From: Azolla caroliniana
Taxonomy: Eukaryota > Plantae > Polypodiophyta
NCBI GenBank assembly: GCA_043228905.1
Contig: JBHGNT010000282.1
Coordinates: 1-39,648 of the forward strand
DNA length: 39,648 bases
Direction: 5' to 3'
Shown: positions 1-11,322 of the stretch, in pieces
How positions within the stretch are numbered: the stretch's first letter is position 1
Layout: each line of letters starts with the position of its first letter
Position numbers and translations under genes: made by a program
The notes under the pieces: model-generated
What the model saw: the letters and a program-made list of their open reading frames with translations, nothing else
What the model was told of the DNA's origin: nothing
The model's database searches: none

Positions 1-263
1 GCATTTTGTAGCACGCGACGAGCACACCAAAAGAACCCACCCATGAACTCGTCAAGAAAATGGCACTTCACAACGTCAAGAGAAAATGGAGAAGAAACAC
101 CCCGTGACAGTGACGGTGACGGCTGCAAACGGTAGTAGATAGCAGTAGTCGTCAGACGACGACAGCAACAGTCGGCAGCAGACAACGGTTGCAGACAACG
201 GCGACGACAATAAACGGCAGAAAGAGCCGTTACACAGAGACGAGGAAAAGAGCAGAAAAGAGC

Positions 264-266
<3 letters not shown>

Positions 267-304
<38 letters not shown>
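267..304 (+). repeat. (AG)19 microsatellite at the junction of LTR A with unrelated sequence
   Basis: Read directly; the intact LTR copy has only a short (GT)n(GA)n at 3794-3817. Confidence 0.95.
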
Positions 305-307
<3 letters not shown>

Positions 308-632
308 GTTAACACTTATGAACAACACAAGATGGGGGATGATTAACTCTATATTAAATTAGCATTATCATCATCAAATACAAAACTACCTACAATGAGG
401 TATATATAGATCTCATGTGCAAAGGTGCACATGTGTGAATAGAATATAGGTACTAAGGTGTAAGTCCTATATTAAATGAACTTAGGAGTGGAGGATTTAG
501 AACATCCCACTTAAGTACAAGGTCCTATTTAAGGCGTTATAGTTAACACTTCTAACTAGATTCTATCTAAGTGACTATGAAATTACATGGTTGACTAAAT
601 AACTAAACTAAGTTGAGCTTGATCTCTCAACA
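292..632 (-). repeat. 3' LTR of element A (partial)
   Basis: Near-identical to 3805-4145; starts TGTTGAGAGATC on minus, directly after PPT CTTGAGCTTGAGGGGGCG. Confidence 0.9.
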
Positions 633-789
633 CGCCCCCTCAAGCTCAAGTGTGAGGCGTCTGACATCCGCTTTGGCTTTTGGCGTTGTCTGGCTTTCGA
701 TGTCGGCTTCTGTGTGGCTTCCGTCCGATCGTTGGCTTTCTTCGCCATGGCAATCTCGGGTCCTCCCCCTCAAGCCAGTGACGAAGTCT

Positions 790-3540
790 TGTAGTGTGTG
801 GGCGAAGGTCGACTACTTCCACCCATCGTGGGTTACAAGCCACTTCGGTGGAGCTCTTGGGCTCTTGTTTGGCCGCTACCTTCATCGTGAAGGCATAGTG
901 ATGGGCCATGTACTCGTTGTAGCCGAGCCGAGTGATGGGGTTCTTTGCTTTAGATGAGCGTCAAAGTTTTTCGCTCGCTGATGTGAGCGCCTTCTTTGCT
1001 CCGGGTGTCCGCATGATGGGTACACCGAACTCACTGTCTAGTGAGGGAGCCGACACATCCGAATCATTGTCATCGGGGGGATCGACTTCGTATTCGGGCA
1101 TCTTACCTTTGCCTTTGTCCAAGTTCGTACTTGGATGCGACGTGCTTGGGTCGTGTGGGGGCTCTTGTGGCCCACTAGACTTTGCCGTATTGGACATTCT
1201 TCGAACATGTGTTCGAAGCGATCTCTAGCTTTTACCTCTTGTTCGGCGGATTCCGGGTCGAGTGGAGTCAGAGTCGAAGTTGTCTTTGGTGCGTACCAGG
1301 ATGCGGACTCGTCGAAGACTACGTCTCGACTTACCCGAACCGCTTAGGTAGAAGGGTTGTAGCACTTGCATGCATTCTTCTCGGACGAGTATCCTATGAG
1401 GATACATTCCTCCGACTTCGCGTCGGGCTTCTGTCGTTGTTCACTCGGGATGTGTACATTCGCAATGCTTCCGAACACCTTGAGGTGCGATAGGATCAGC
1501 TTCCTTCCGATGAGGAGCTCATATGGGGTTAGCTCATGCACTCCATTAGTGGTGCATTGATTCATGAGATAGACGGCTGTGGATGTTGCTTCGGCCCAAT
1601 AGAAATTCGGCATGTGCTTCTCATGCATCATGGCGCGTGCTAACTCAAGTATTTGCCGATTCTTCCTTTCGGTTACTCCATTTTGTTGGGGTGTGTGTCA
1701 GCATGAGAATTCTCTCCGAATGCCTTCACTTTGGAGGTAGGAGGTGAATTTGTCGGAGAAGTACTCCTTTCCTCCATTCGATCGTAGGCATCGAATGTGC
1801 CGACCGGTTTCTTTTTCGACTTGGCCCTTGAGCTTTTGGAACTAGGAGAACACTTCACTCTTCTTCTTCATTGGGAAGATCAACGCGTAGTGCGAGTACT
1901 CGTCGATGAAGGTGACATAGAATCGGCATCCGCCGATTGTCGGTGTTTGAGCCGGTCCCCATACATCCGAGTGTATGATGTCGAGGAGGCCTTTGCTCGC
2001 GTGGCTCTCCTTCGAGAATGGGGGTCGATGTTGTTTGCCGAGTTGACACGCTTTGCATACTCGGTCGACTCGTTTCAACTCAAATGTCGGAAGTCCGATG
2101 ATGACTCCATTTGATTGCATAGCTCGGAGCCGTTGGAGGTTTATGTGGCTGATTCTCTTGTGCCACAACTCGATGCTTGTCTCAGTTTTGAGACCTTTGG
2201 CGTACATTGCCGATTTCACCTTGTTCGAATCGAGGATGAACATGCGACCATCTCTCAGTCCCTTGGTTATGAGTCGGCCATCTTTCTTGATGAAACAACC
2301 TTCGTTGTTGAAGCGGAATTGCATGCATTGCTCCACGATTTGGCCGACCGAGACCAAATTCTTCGTTATTGTGGGCACGTGTAAGACATTCTTGATGCAA
2401 GTTTGTTCGCCTTCTTTCCCGAATGGGACATTGCCGATGTGCCGAATGGGATGTGTGGTGTCGTCTCCCGTCTCTATGAAGCCGGGTCGGTCCGGCGTTC
2501 GTAAGTCACGAAACCACTCTTGGTGTGACGTCTTATGATGTGAGGCGCCGGAATCGACGAACCACACATCTTCCGAGTTGGAGGTGCTTGCGGAGTCGGA
2601 GGCCGACATAGAATTCTCTCTATGCCTCATTACGAATAGTCCGTCATCGTCGTCGTATTCGGAGTTGGCGGCTTAATTCGTGAGTTGTCAACTTGTCGAA
2701 GCCGACTCGCTTCTTCTTTTTCGGCACTCCTCCTCATGGTGGCTGATTTTTCCGTAATAGTTGTAAGTTGCTGGCCTCATTTGCCGACCTTGTTCGGCAT
2801 GGAAGCTCCCCCTTCTTCCGAAGGTTCCTTGATGGCTTTCGTGAAGGTTTGAGTTCCCTTCGTGTGATGGGCCGAATTGGCTTCTTCTACCACAGTGACC
2901 TCGTCCTCGGCCACCGTCCGAACTTGAGAAGAACATTTGTCTGTCCGACGTCTTCATCTTGGTTCAGATATGGTTTTGTTTGACCAATAACATTGAATCA
3001 TTGGAGGTCGAAGAACGAAGAAGGGTTTTCCCTCACCAAGATTGCCGTCCTCAACGAGTCGAATCGTTGTGCGAGGCCGCCTAAGCATACTTGAACCATC
3101 TCATCTTCGTCGACATTTATTTTGATGGAGCCAAGCGACTCACAAATGCTCTTGGTCTTGATGGTGTAGTTCGACACAAACATGTCTTTTTGCCGAATGT
3201 TGTTCAACTCTTGTCAGAATTGAAGCTTTTGGGCGGTTGTGTTGGCAGCGAACATTTTCTTTAAGTTCTCCCACACTGCTTTGGGCGTCTAGGCGTCTCG
3301 AATGTGGCTAAGCATGTGGTCGTGGACACACGTTGCCAAGCAATACATGACTCGACTCGTCGCTTGCTCCCATGTTGCGTAGTCGGCGTTATTTGAGTCA
3401 GGTCGATTTTCTTGTGCGCCGTTGATGTAGCTTCAATACCCTTGGCCGACAAGGTATTGGGTCATCTTGTACTCCCAAGATGAATAATTGCTCCGGTCTA
3501 GCTTTTCACTATGGAGCGAGCTACCCATTTGTCTGTTCAT
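790..3540 (-). pseudogene. Copia gag-protease-integrase of element A, with stops and frameshifts
   Basis: Gag KLDRSNYSSWEYKM; protease WFVDSGASHH; LWHKRISH..CKACQLGKQ; integrase HSDVWGP, FIDEYS; ECILIGYS. Ends at RWVE, the usual start of RT. Confidence 0.9.
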
Positions 3541-3697
3541 TTTGATGTAGTGTCTTCCGTTTTGCTTTTCTTCCTTCAATCACGTACTCGTGCTACGTAG
3601 CGGCACTACGGTAGTAGATAGCCGGACTTTGTCGCCGACCTTTCAAACACACAATTATGAAGAGGCGGATGGGCTTAGTGGATGTGCTAAACCACAC

Positions 3698-3709
3698 GCT
3701 CTAATACCA
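3698..3709 (-). promoter_or_regulatory. Primer-binding site, initiator tRNA-Met (element A)
   Basis: TGGTATTAGAGC on minus (11/12 to TGGTATCAGAGC), abutting the LTR end. Confidence 0.85.
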
Positions 3710-4145
3710 TGTTAAGAATTAGGAAAGTAATTAATCCTTGCTTAATTAGTACCTAATTATGTGATTAGTTGATAAGCGGAAGATTAACTGATATGTGTGT
3801 GTGTGAGAGAGAGAGAGGAAGTTAACACTTATGAACAATACAAGATGGGGGATGATTAACTCTATATTAAATTAGCATTATCATCATCAAATACAAAACT
3901 ACCTACAATGAGGTATATATAGATTTCATGTGCAAAGGTGCAGATGTGTGAGTAGAATATAGGTACTAAGGTGTAAGTCCTATATTAAATGTACTTAGGA
4001 GTGGAGGATCTAGAACATCCCACTTAAGTACAAGGTCCTATTTAAGGCGTTATAGTCAACACTTCTAACTAGATTCTATCTAAGTAACTACGAAGTTACA
4101 TGGTTGACTAAATAACTAAACTAAGTTGAGCTTGATCTCTCAACA
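3710..4145 (-). repeat. 5' LTR of element A (436 bp)
   Basis: TG...CA termini; PBS adjacent. Confidence 0.92.
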
Positions 4146-5110
4146 ATGCCTTTACATTAGGAAATTCAAACATAAACATTAGGATTTAAAGCATAACCTA
4201 CAATTTCATGGGACGTGTAGTTTTAAAACATGCTAGTCTTAGTGGAATGGTACATTTTAAGTTAGTTGTTTGTCAACGTTGAAATGACTTTGTTACTTGT
4301 CTCAAACCATAAATGTCAAACTTTTCTTAGATTCACAAAATGCGAACGAAATGTGACGCATTTATTTTTTCAGTCTACTATAATAAAAATAAATCTAAAA
4401 TTATTTCATAGCTTATTGATAGATGATACTTTTTTTTTGTTTTTTTCCAAAAAAATTCTACTTCCATTAGTTAAGAAAAAGTACATGGAATAATATACAA
4501 CTCATATGTTACAAGCCACTTTGCAATGGCTACAACAAAACATCATGTATAAATGAAGCAACTAAGCCTCATCACATAATTACTCGATAAACGCCCATCA
4601 ACATGAGCCTCACACACCCACATTCAGAAGATTTTGTAGTTGCAAAGTGATACATATTTAAGGTATGTTATGTGCATAAACCATGAGTGAAAACAAATCC
4701 ATGTGAAGTTGGGATGCATTATCGCCACAATGTAGTCTTAGATATGGGAGTGATGCCCTAATCACGTGGTTACTCATGCTCTTTAATGCCAACATCTTTG
4801 TCAACGCAATTATTGTCTTATTGTGAGGAACCACAAGAAACTCCTTTGAAAATATGAAGGTATGCCTTATTTTCTTGCTAGATCTAAACACTAGTGTTGA
4901 AATCATGCTCTTGTAGATAAAATCCTTTTTTATAGATATACATATCAATATGTATATCTATGGGTGATATTTCTCTTTACCTTATTTTTTGAACTTCGTG
5001 ATTCATCTTGATGATATTTAGAGATAGCTAAAGCCTTTCTCACATGCGTTGTGGATGGACACTAGATCAATTCCATAAATGGAAGATTTGGAAGATCATG
5101 TTGTGTTTGC

Positions 5111-5830
5111 TTTTTTTTTTTTTTTTTTTTGCATTTTGCCATGCTTCACTGTTAATCAAGAATGGGGCCAAGAAAGTTCATAGTTCCATTGAGGCCTTTG
5201 AGTTGACTCAAAGAATAGGGGTAACTTTTTCCATAAGTGAAGGAGCTTCTTCTTTCTCTTGTTCACAGTCTCTGGTGAACCCTGCATGTTGTCATACTAG
5301 TCGCAGACTACTGCCACCAAGTTCTCCTATATCTCACGCAAGACATCTGAGAGACACTGATATGTCGCATTGACATTTCCATAATGCCCATAACGTTATT
5401 GTAGTCATTGTTTTCCATATATGGGTAGATCGCACCTGCTTTCGAGGTTGTTGAAAGGGGTTGACCAATATCAATCTTCTATTATGTACCATCATTGCCT
5501 CTTGAACCTCGCTTGCCTCATACAACATCAAACTGGAATATAACACTCCCCACATTGCTAATCCCCATGAAAATAAGCAACCAACATTGATTGTTAAAAA
5601 TAACGAAAGAACTTTATTCCATACTTGTTGAGCCAAGGAACATGACCAAAGAGCATGCTTGGTAGTCTCTTGTGCTTCGTGGCAAAAGTCACATTGTCGA
5701 AGATTAGGTGTTAGATTCCCTTTCAATGAGTGACCAACTGGTAAGGCCATATGCACTAATAGCCATTTGAAGAGAATAAATTTAGTTGGCCCCTTGAATG
5801 ACCAAATCCATTTCCAGTTAATGGTAGTTG
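5111..5830 (-). mobile_element. 5'-truncated L1-type LINE remnant (ORF2 C-terminal zf-RVT region plus poly(A) tail)
   Basis: Minus translation WKWIWSFKGPTKFILFKWLLVHMALPVG...CDFC..ETTKHALWSCSLAQQVW...LWALWK is the zf-RVT signature; T20 at 5111-5130 is poly(A) on minus. No TSD found. Confidence 0.8.
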
Positions 5831-7426
5831 GCTCTTGAATATTACATATTTATCACACAATTTACCATTACCAATTATCTCAAAATAAATAAATTCAATG
5901 AATCGTTTTTTCAACAACATAAATTTTCTAGTGTTTTCAACTTATTCGACCTCATATCCTTCCCCTTCCATCCTGCAATACTCGTCACTACTCATAGGTG
6001 ATAACATTTTCATAGAAGAGAGCGTCATCGAAACTTGAAGTTTTTTCTTCATGGCTCCTATCACTAATCTAATAAATAAAGTTTGGAACCTAATTGTTTT
6101 AGTTACACCTTTACCATCAATACTCTTGTCCATAATGATGCTTTAATGCATATCACCTAAGATTTTATCTCGAGAGTTAACATCACAGAAATGAAACCCG
6201 TAAATTACCACAAAGCTCCTTAAGCTTATTGCAAGTGTGGAGTCTTCACTAATGGTTTATGCACATAACATAGCTTAAACATGTATCACTTTGCAATCAC
6301 AAAATCTTCATCAACGATTCATCATCATCAAATACCCTTGAAATAGCACTATTGTCTCCATCCGCCGTGTTTGAAGGGAAAAAAACACAAAAAGACAAAA
6401 TCTTGGGTTCTAGTCAAAATAAGTGCCAAGTCATTGCCAAGGAAGGGTAAAGGGTTTGAAACCCACCAAAAATGATTGGAAGGAAAAGATGGAACTACAA
6501 TGCATAAATGACAACAATGGATCACCATTTTTGCATGGTTTTCCCCAACTAAGGTGAGAAATTTCATTGAAACAATATTTCTACTTAGACCAACATGATC
6601 ATCATTTAGAGTGAGATACGCCACAGTCCTTTATTGGGAAATATTTTCTTTCTCCCATTTGATCCCTTCACCACACAAAACAAACTCATTTCGTATAACT
6701 CTTGAGAGTTTAGTTTCTGTGCTTTTAATAACATATTTTCTCTTGAGTTTAAACAAGTTGCGAATTGAGTCATAAAATAAATTTGAAGTTTAGATAGTTT
6801 TTTGTCACATGTAAATAATATGGGGGAAGCGGTTACAGAAAATCCTATGTCATAAATATGCTTTTGTCATATTGAATTCAATTACACAAGATTTAAACAT
6901 GATTATAGAGTGCCAAATAAAATAGATAAGAAAGATTTGGGAGAATATTCTTGATTCACTGTAGTGAGTCTATGATTGATGACAAGATCATCTTATAATA
7001 GCAGCTATCTCTATGGGCGAGATAATATTCATGTATTGGGCAATCGTGTGCACATTAACATTTTGTCGAGCATTGTCATAGTTTGCAAGAGGAAGGTACT
7101 ATGATAGTTTGTAGTTAGTTAATTATATGCACGTGCACACTTTTGTGTGCTTCTGCGTCTGCATTTGGATATGATTGCTATGACCACAACCATGTGAAGG
7201 TGTGTGTATGTGTTGGTGGATCCATGTAATAAATTGACGGGGTAATGCCGGTAAGTATGTGTAATTAATGATATATTTATGTGTATAAGTCTGGGGGTAT
7301 GTGTATTTGCATTTAGGAGTATATGTGTCTATATATATGTGCTTAGGTGTATGTGTCAGTGTATACAGATGTCACAGAGGGGGAGTTCCCACTGAGGACT
7401 ACCCCCATGTGACATCTCCCCATCGT

Positions 7427-7780
7427 TGTCGTGAAGGATTCCGGGCAATTCCGGGCACAGAGGGAAACAGAGCGAGACACACGGGAATGGGTGTCTACAC
7501 GGATGTACAAAGTTTAGCCGTTATGTGTGAAACATGTAATAACATAGGACTAGTAATTACTAGGTAGTAGGGTTTAGTGGGCATTTTAAAGACCCGCACG
7601 GATAGAGAGGAATGTGGGAGTTTGACGAGAGGGAATCGAGGAAAATCTCTATCGGAAGCAGCTGACTTAACTACTTGATGTAACATCTCTCTCTCTCATT
7701 GAGCTATAAAAGGAGGGAGAGAAGACTGAGAAACAAATCCAGGAATTGGGAGGAGGAAGTGCTATCGGATTGAGGGCCGA

Positions 7781-7830
<50 letters not shown>

Positions 7831-8384
7831 TATCTTGTGCTCTACACCCTTCAGAAGAAGGAGAGGAAGTCTCTGCTCGCATTGGCAGCCCGTGTGCTCC
7901 CGACTAGAGATTCTTTGTTCTGTCTCCCTGTGTGTGGGTGTGTGTGTGCGTCTCTCCTGAGAGCGCTGAGCGCTGTTGCCGGCCGTGCCCGGTTGTACTC
8001 TTTGGACTCTCTGTTAATCATTAGTTTACTATGTCCCCTTTATTGGGGTTTTTGCGTGGCTCTTACTTGTCGTGTGTTGGCCGTGCTCCGAGCTCATGCC
8101 TTATACTCGTTCTGAATCTGTCGCGTGCACGTATGGGTCCTCGAGCCTGTGCGCTTGCCGCTGCTCCCTGGCATCCTTACCAGGGGAAGTTACACTCCCT
8201 CAGGCTAGTGAGCTGCTCTGCTCTGATTTGGGTACCGTTCCGTATCTAATACACGACTGGGGACCGAACTGGCATAACTATCCAAACTGTGACTCGGTCC
8301 TCCCTTCCCCCTATTCTGATTACTTGGTCTGAGATCCCGGTGATCCCGTCCTATTTCTACGCATCCATGTGGAAAACCGCGACA
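7427..8384 (+). repeat. 5' LTR of Gypsy element B (958 bp)
   Basis: TGTCG...CGACA inverted ends; TATAAAA at 7705; (TC)22 at 7783-7826; PBS 4 nt downstream. Termini resemble the LTRs of H. Confidence 0.85.
7783..7826 (+). repeat. (TC)22 microsatellite within LTR B
   Basis: Read directly. Confidence 0.95.
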
Positions 8385-8388
8385 TCTT

Positions 8389-8406
8389 TGGTGAACCCGA
8401 CGTGAA
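8389..8406 (+). promoter_or_regulatory. Primer-binding site complementary to the tRNA-Trp 3' end (element B)
   Basis: TGGTGAACCCGACGTGAA; matches the plant tRNA-Trp(CCA) 3' end ...TTCACGTCGGGTTCACCA as I recall it. Confidence 0.8.
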
Positions 8407-8428
8407 AGGGCGGAAGAGGAGTCTAACG

Positions 8429-10547
8429 ATGAGAGGAAGCGAACTCACCGAAACCATGGCGGTGGCCGTTGACCCCTTGATGAATGCTCGAGAGGGCATG
8501 AGCGCCCTCGACAGAGCCGTTGAATTGATAGTCGCAACGATAGGCCGTTTCAATGGCAAAGATGTGACTAGCTACCTGGACGCCTACCGGGCCGAGATGA
8601 TGATGAGGGACATACCGGAGGACAGACGGCTGGACGAATTCCCTCGAGTCGTTACACCGAGCATCTATGCCGAGGTGCTCAAGGTGCAAGCAGATTGCCG
8701 TAATTGGGCAGAATTCGAGGGTTGGCTCCTCCAAAGGTACGACTTCGACGACTTGCTCCGGTTGTTTAAGGACTTTATGGATTGGGTCGAGAGCGCCGAC
8801 AAGGGACATAATACATTGGCTCTGCTTCAGGAGTTCGAAAAGCGGTTCACATGACTCTCCATCCTAGACAGGACCGTGCTCGATACAAGCAAGGTCCTAC
8901 TGTTTGTAATGTCGGTCGAGGTGCTCGACCGCGAGAAGGTTAGTCTCCTCTTGATTGGAACGACACAGGGTCATCGACGACCGGCGTGGGGCCGTGGTCA
9001 AAAGAGTTTGCGGCCGTTTCGACAAAAGGCGCGATTGGAATGACTTAGGGTCGTCGACGACCGGCGCGGGTGCCGGGAGGAAGCTAGAGGAACCGGTTCC
9101 GATGAAAGCGGACGAAATGAGATGGTGGCTTGAGTCGGGCACGACACCAACCAAGGTGGTTGCAGGACAGTGCGGGGGTGCAACTCTTGAGGAGTGGACC
9201 AAGATGGTGTGCGATCTCCAGATTGCACAAGCACATAGGGATGGTGGGGGTTAGTCGCGCGATCGGAGGCCGCCGTTCGATCAGAGGTGCATGTGGTGTG
9301 ACGTTGTCAGCCACATCCGGAGGTACTGTGCCGACTTCGCTCAGACACTCAAGAGCAATGTGGTGTACCTTTGGAATGGTCGGGTACACGCCAGCGATAC
9401 GCGAAGGGCCCTGGAGGTAAATACTGGCCGGGGTAGAAAGGAAAGAGTAATGGAGGAAGCTGTGGTGCAGCACGCCGAAACCATCCGCTATTCGGCATCC
9501 ATTAGGATCTGGGTAGGAGGGGATAGGAGCGTCAACTCCAAATTCTAGCTAGTAGTGTTGGGAGGCCTGTCGGGGGTAAGACTGAGAATGGAAGAGGAGG
9601 ACCTCACGGAGAAGCGGGTCCAGGAAGTCACTGGGTGGAGCGACTTGGTCAAAGAAAAGACTGGCTTCGTGGAGGCTGCGTGCCAGAACCACAAAGTTTT
9701 GGTAGGAGAAAAATGGGCCTGGAAGAGCGGAGGAGTCAGACCGTTGAATCGGTACGATACCAACAGTGCGCAGAAGAAGAACGACGGAGGTCTGACAGGC
9801 CCATGGCATGGGTCGAAGTTGATGAGCTTCCGATTGAGCTCGGAGATAGGGAGGGCGACGGACCTGCAGAAGGTCTTGGAGGAGCGGGTCCTCGATAGCA
9901 AAGTAAAGCTTTCATTGAGGGAAGTGCTAGGGATCGCAAAGGAGTTCCACGACTCCATTGTGGATCTGGTAAAACGAAAGTGGCTCTCAACAGAGCCTAA
10001 GCTAGAGAAACCCGTAGAGGTGAGAGCAACACACATCGACGAGGCGGCTGTGGAAGACGAGTTCTCAGCCAACCACTATGTGAAGCCGCATTGGGTGAGA
10101 GTGACAACGGAGACACCCGTTCGGATCGGGAACGTAAACGAACCAGTGGTTGCTTTGATCGACCATGGGTCTGAAATTAACCTGATGTCCATGGACTTCT
10201 ACAAGAAAGGGAAATGGCCGATCAACACCAAGCATGGGTGGAAAATACGCGCGATGACCCGTGCCATCGAGGAGCTGCATGGGGCATACCCGAACATCCG
10301 AGTGAAGGTCGGGGATGTGGAGATCGATCAACACTTCTTCATGCAGGAGATGTCCTCCTATCCGGCCATCCTCGGCGAATGTTACATTATGGCAGCTCGA
10401 ATGGAAATGAAGGTGCTAGACAACGGTTCAGCCTACGCTAGGGTGAAGAGTCAGGATGGCTGACACTCTGTTCAGTTCTTGACAGTCCGACCGAACCACG
10501 ATCGGAATCACGAGTTTCTCAGTAACGACGGACGAGAGGATTTTTAA
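8429..10547 (+). pseudogene. Gypsy B gag-protease ORF (disrupted)
   Basis: Gag IGRFNGKDVTSYLDAY; zinc knuckle CMWCDVVSHIRRYC (~9288-9330); aspartic protease VVALIDHGSEINLM...ILGECY; ORF ends TAA at 10545-10547. Confidence 0.85.
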
Positions 10548-10740
10548 AGAGGGCTATCAGGGCATGGGGCCGTGATTGTCCGGACAACCAGAAGAAACCC
10601 CACTCTTGTACCATAGGTAGAGATTTTGGCCCTCCCCTAATGGAGGTTGTACCATAACCGACATTAGCGGCCGGGAGAAGAGGCAAGTCGAAGGATGCTC
10701 GAGGGCATGTAGCGCCTTAGGCCCCGATGACGAGATTGGT

Positions 10741-10976
10741 GGCAAGCTTCAATTCCGATGCACAAGCCCGTTCTGGATTATCAACACGTACAATGGCACA
10801 TTTCAGTTTGGCACATTTTTGGAGAACCACTTTTCCGAAGGGTCAACGGATTTCGATTGAAACCATACCGTGGACCGACACCACTTAACCCCTTCAACAT
10901 ACAACGACACGACCTCACCCAATCTCTGGTAGGTGGAACAGAAGATTTCGAGGGCATCACACCTCAATCACGGTAA
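10741..10976 (+). pseudogene. Integrase C-terminal (GPY/F) fragment of Athila-like copy G2
   Basis: GKLQFRCTSPFWII...RVNGFRLKPYRGPTPLNPF aligns with element G GKLQFRWIGPYWIL...WVNGFRLKPYHGLMPRNPF. Confidence 0.8.
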
Positions 10977-11015
10977 TGGCCCTACCTACCTCCCAGGTGT
11001 ACATTATTAGTATTT

Positions 11016-11063
11016 AAAAAAGAAAAAAAAGAAAAAAAAAAAGAAAAAAAAGGAAAAAAAAGG

Positions 11064-11094
<31 letters not shown>

Positions 11095-11290
11095 AAAAAA
11101 AAGAAAAAAAAGAAAAAAAAAGAAAAAAAAGAAAAAAAAAGAAAAAAAAGAAAAAAAAAGAAAAAAAAACAAAAAAAAAGAAAAAAAAAGAAAAAAAAAG
11201 AAAAAAAAAGAAAAAAAAAGAAAAAAAAAGAAAAAAAAAGAAAAAAAAAGAAAAAAAAAGAAAAAAAAAGAAAAAAAAAGAAAAAAAAGA

Positions 11291-11322
<32 letters not shown>

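Larger units (their letters stand above)
267..4145 (-). mobile_element. Ty1/Copia LTR retrotransposon A, internally deleted (gag-PR-IN, no RT/RNase H); left LTR truncated at an (AG)n tract
   Basis: LTR 3710-4145 (TG...CA) matches ~292-632 with ~10 mismatches in ~330 bp; PBS 3698-3709; PPT 633-649; Copia domain order gag-PR-IN. Confidence 0.9.

Noticed and set aside
4146-7360. Host gene in the AT-rich spacer
   Set aside because: Short ORFs without recognisable domains apart from the LINE remnant; no convincing exon structure seen, though small exons cannot be excluded.
8389-8406. tRNA gene fragments (also 24679-24696, 29745, 35208)
   Set aside because: Only 12-18-nt complements next to LTR ends: primer-binding sites, not tRNA genes.
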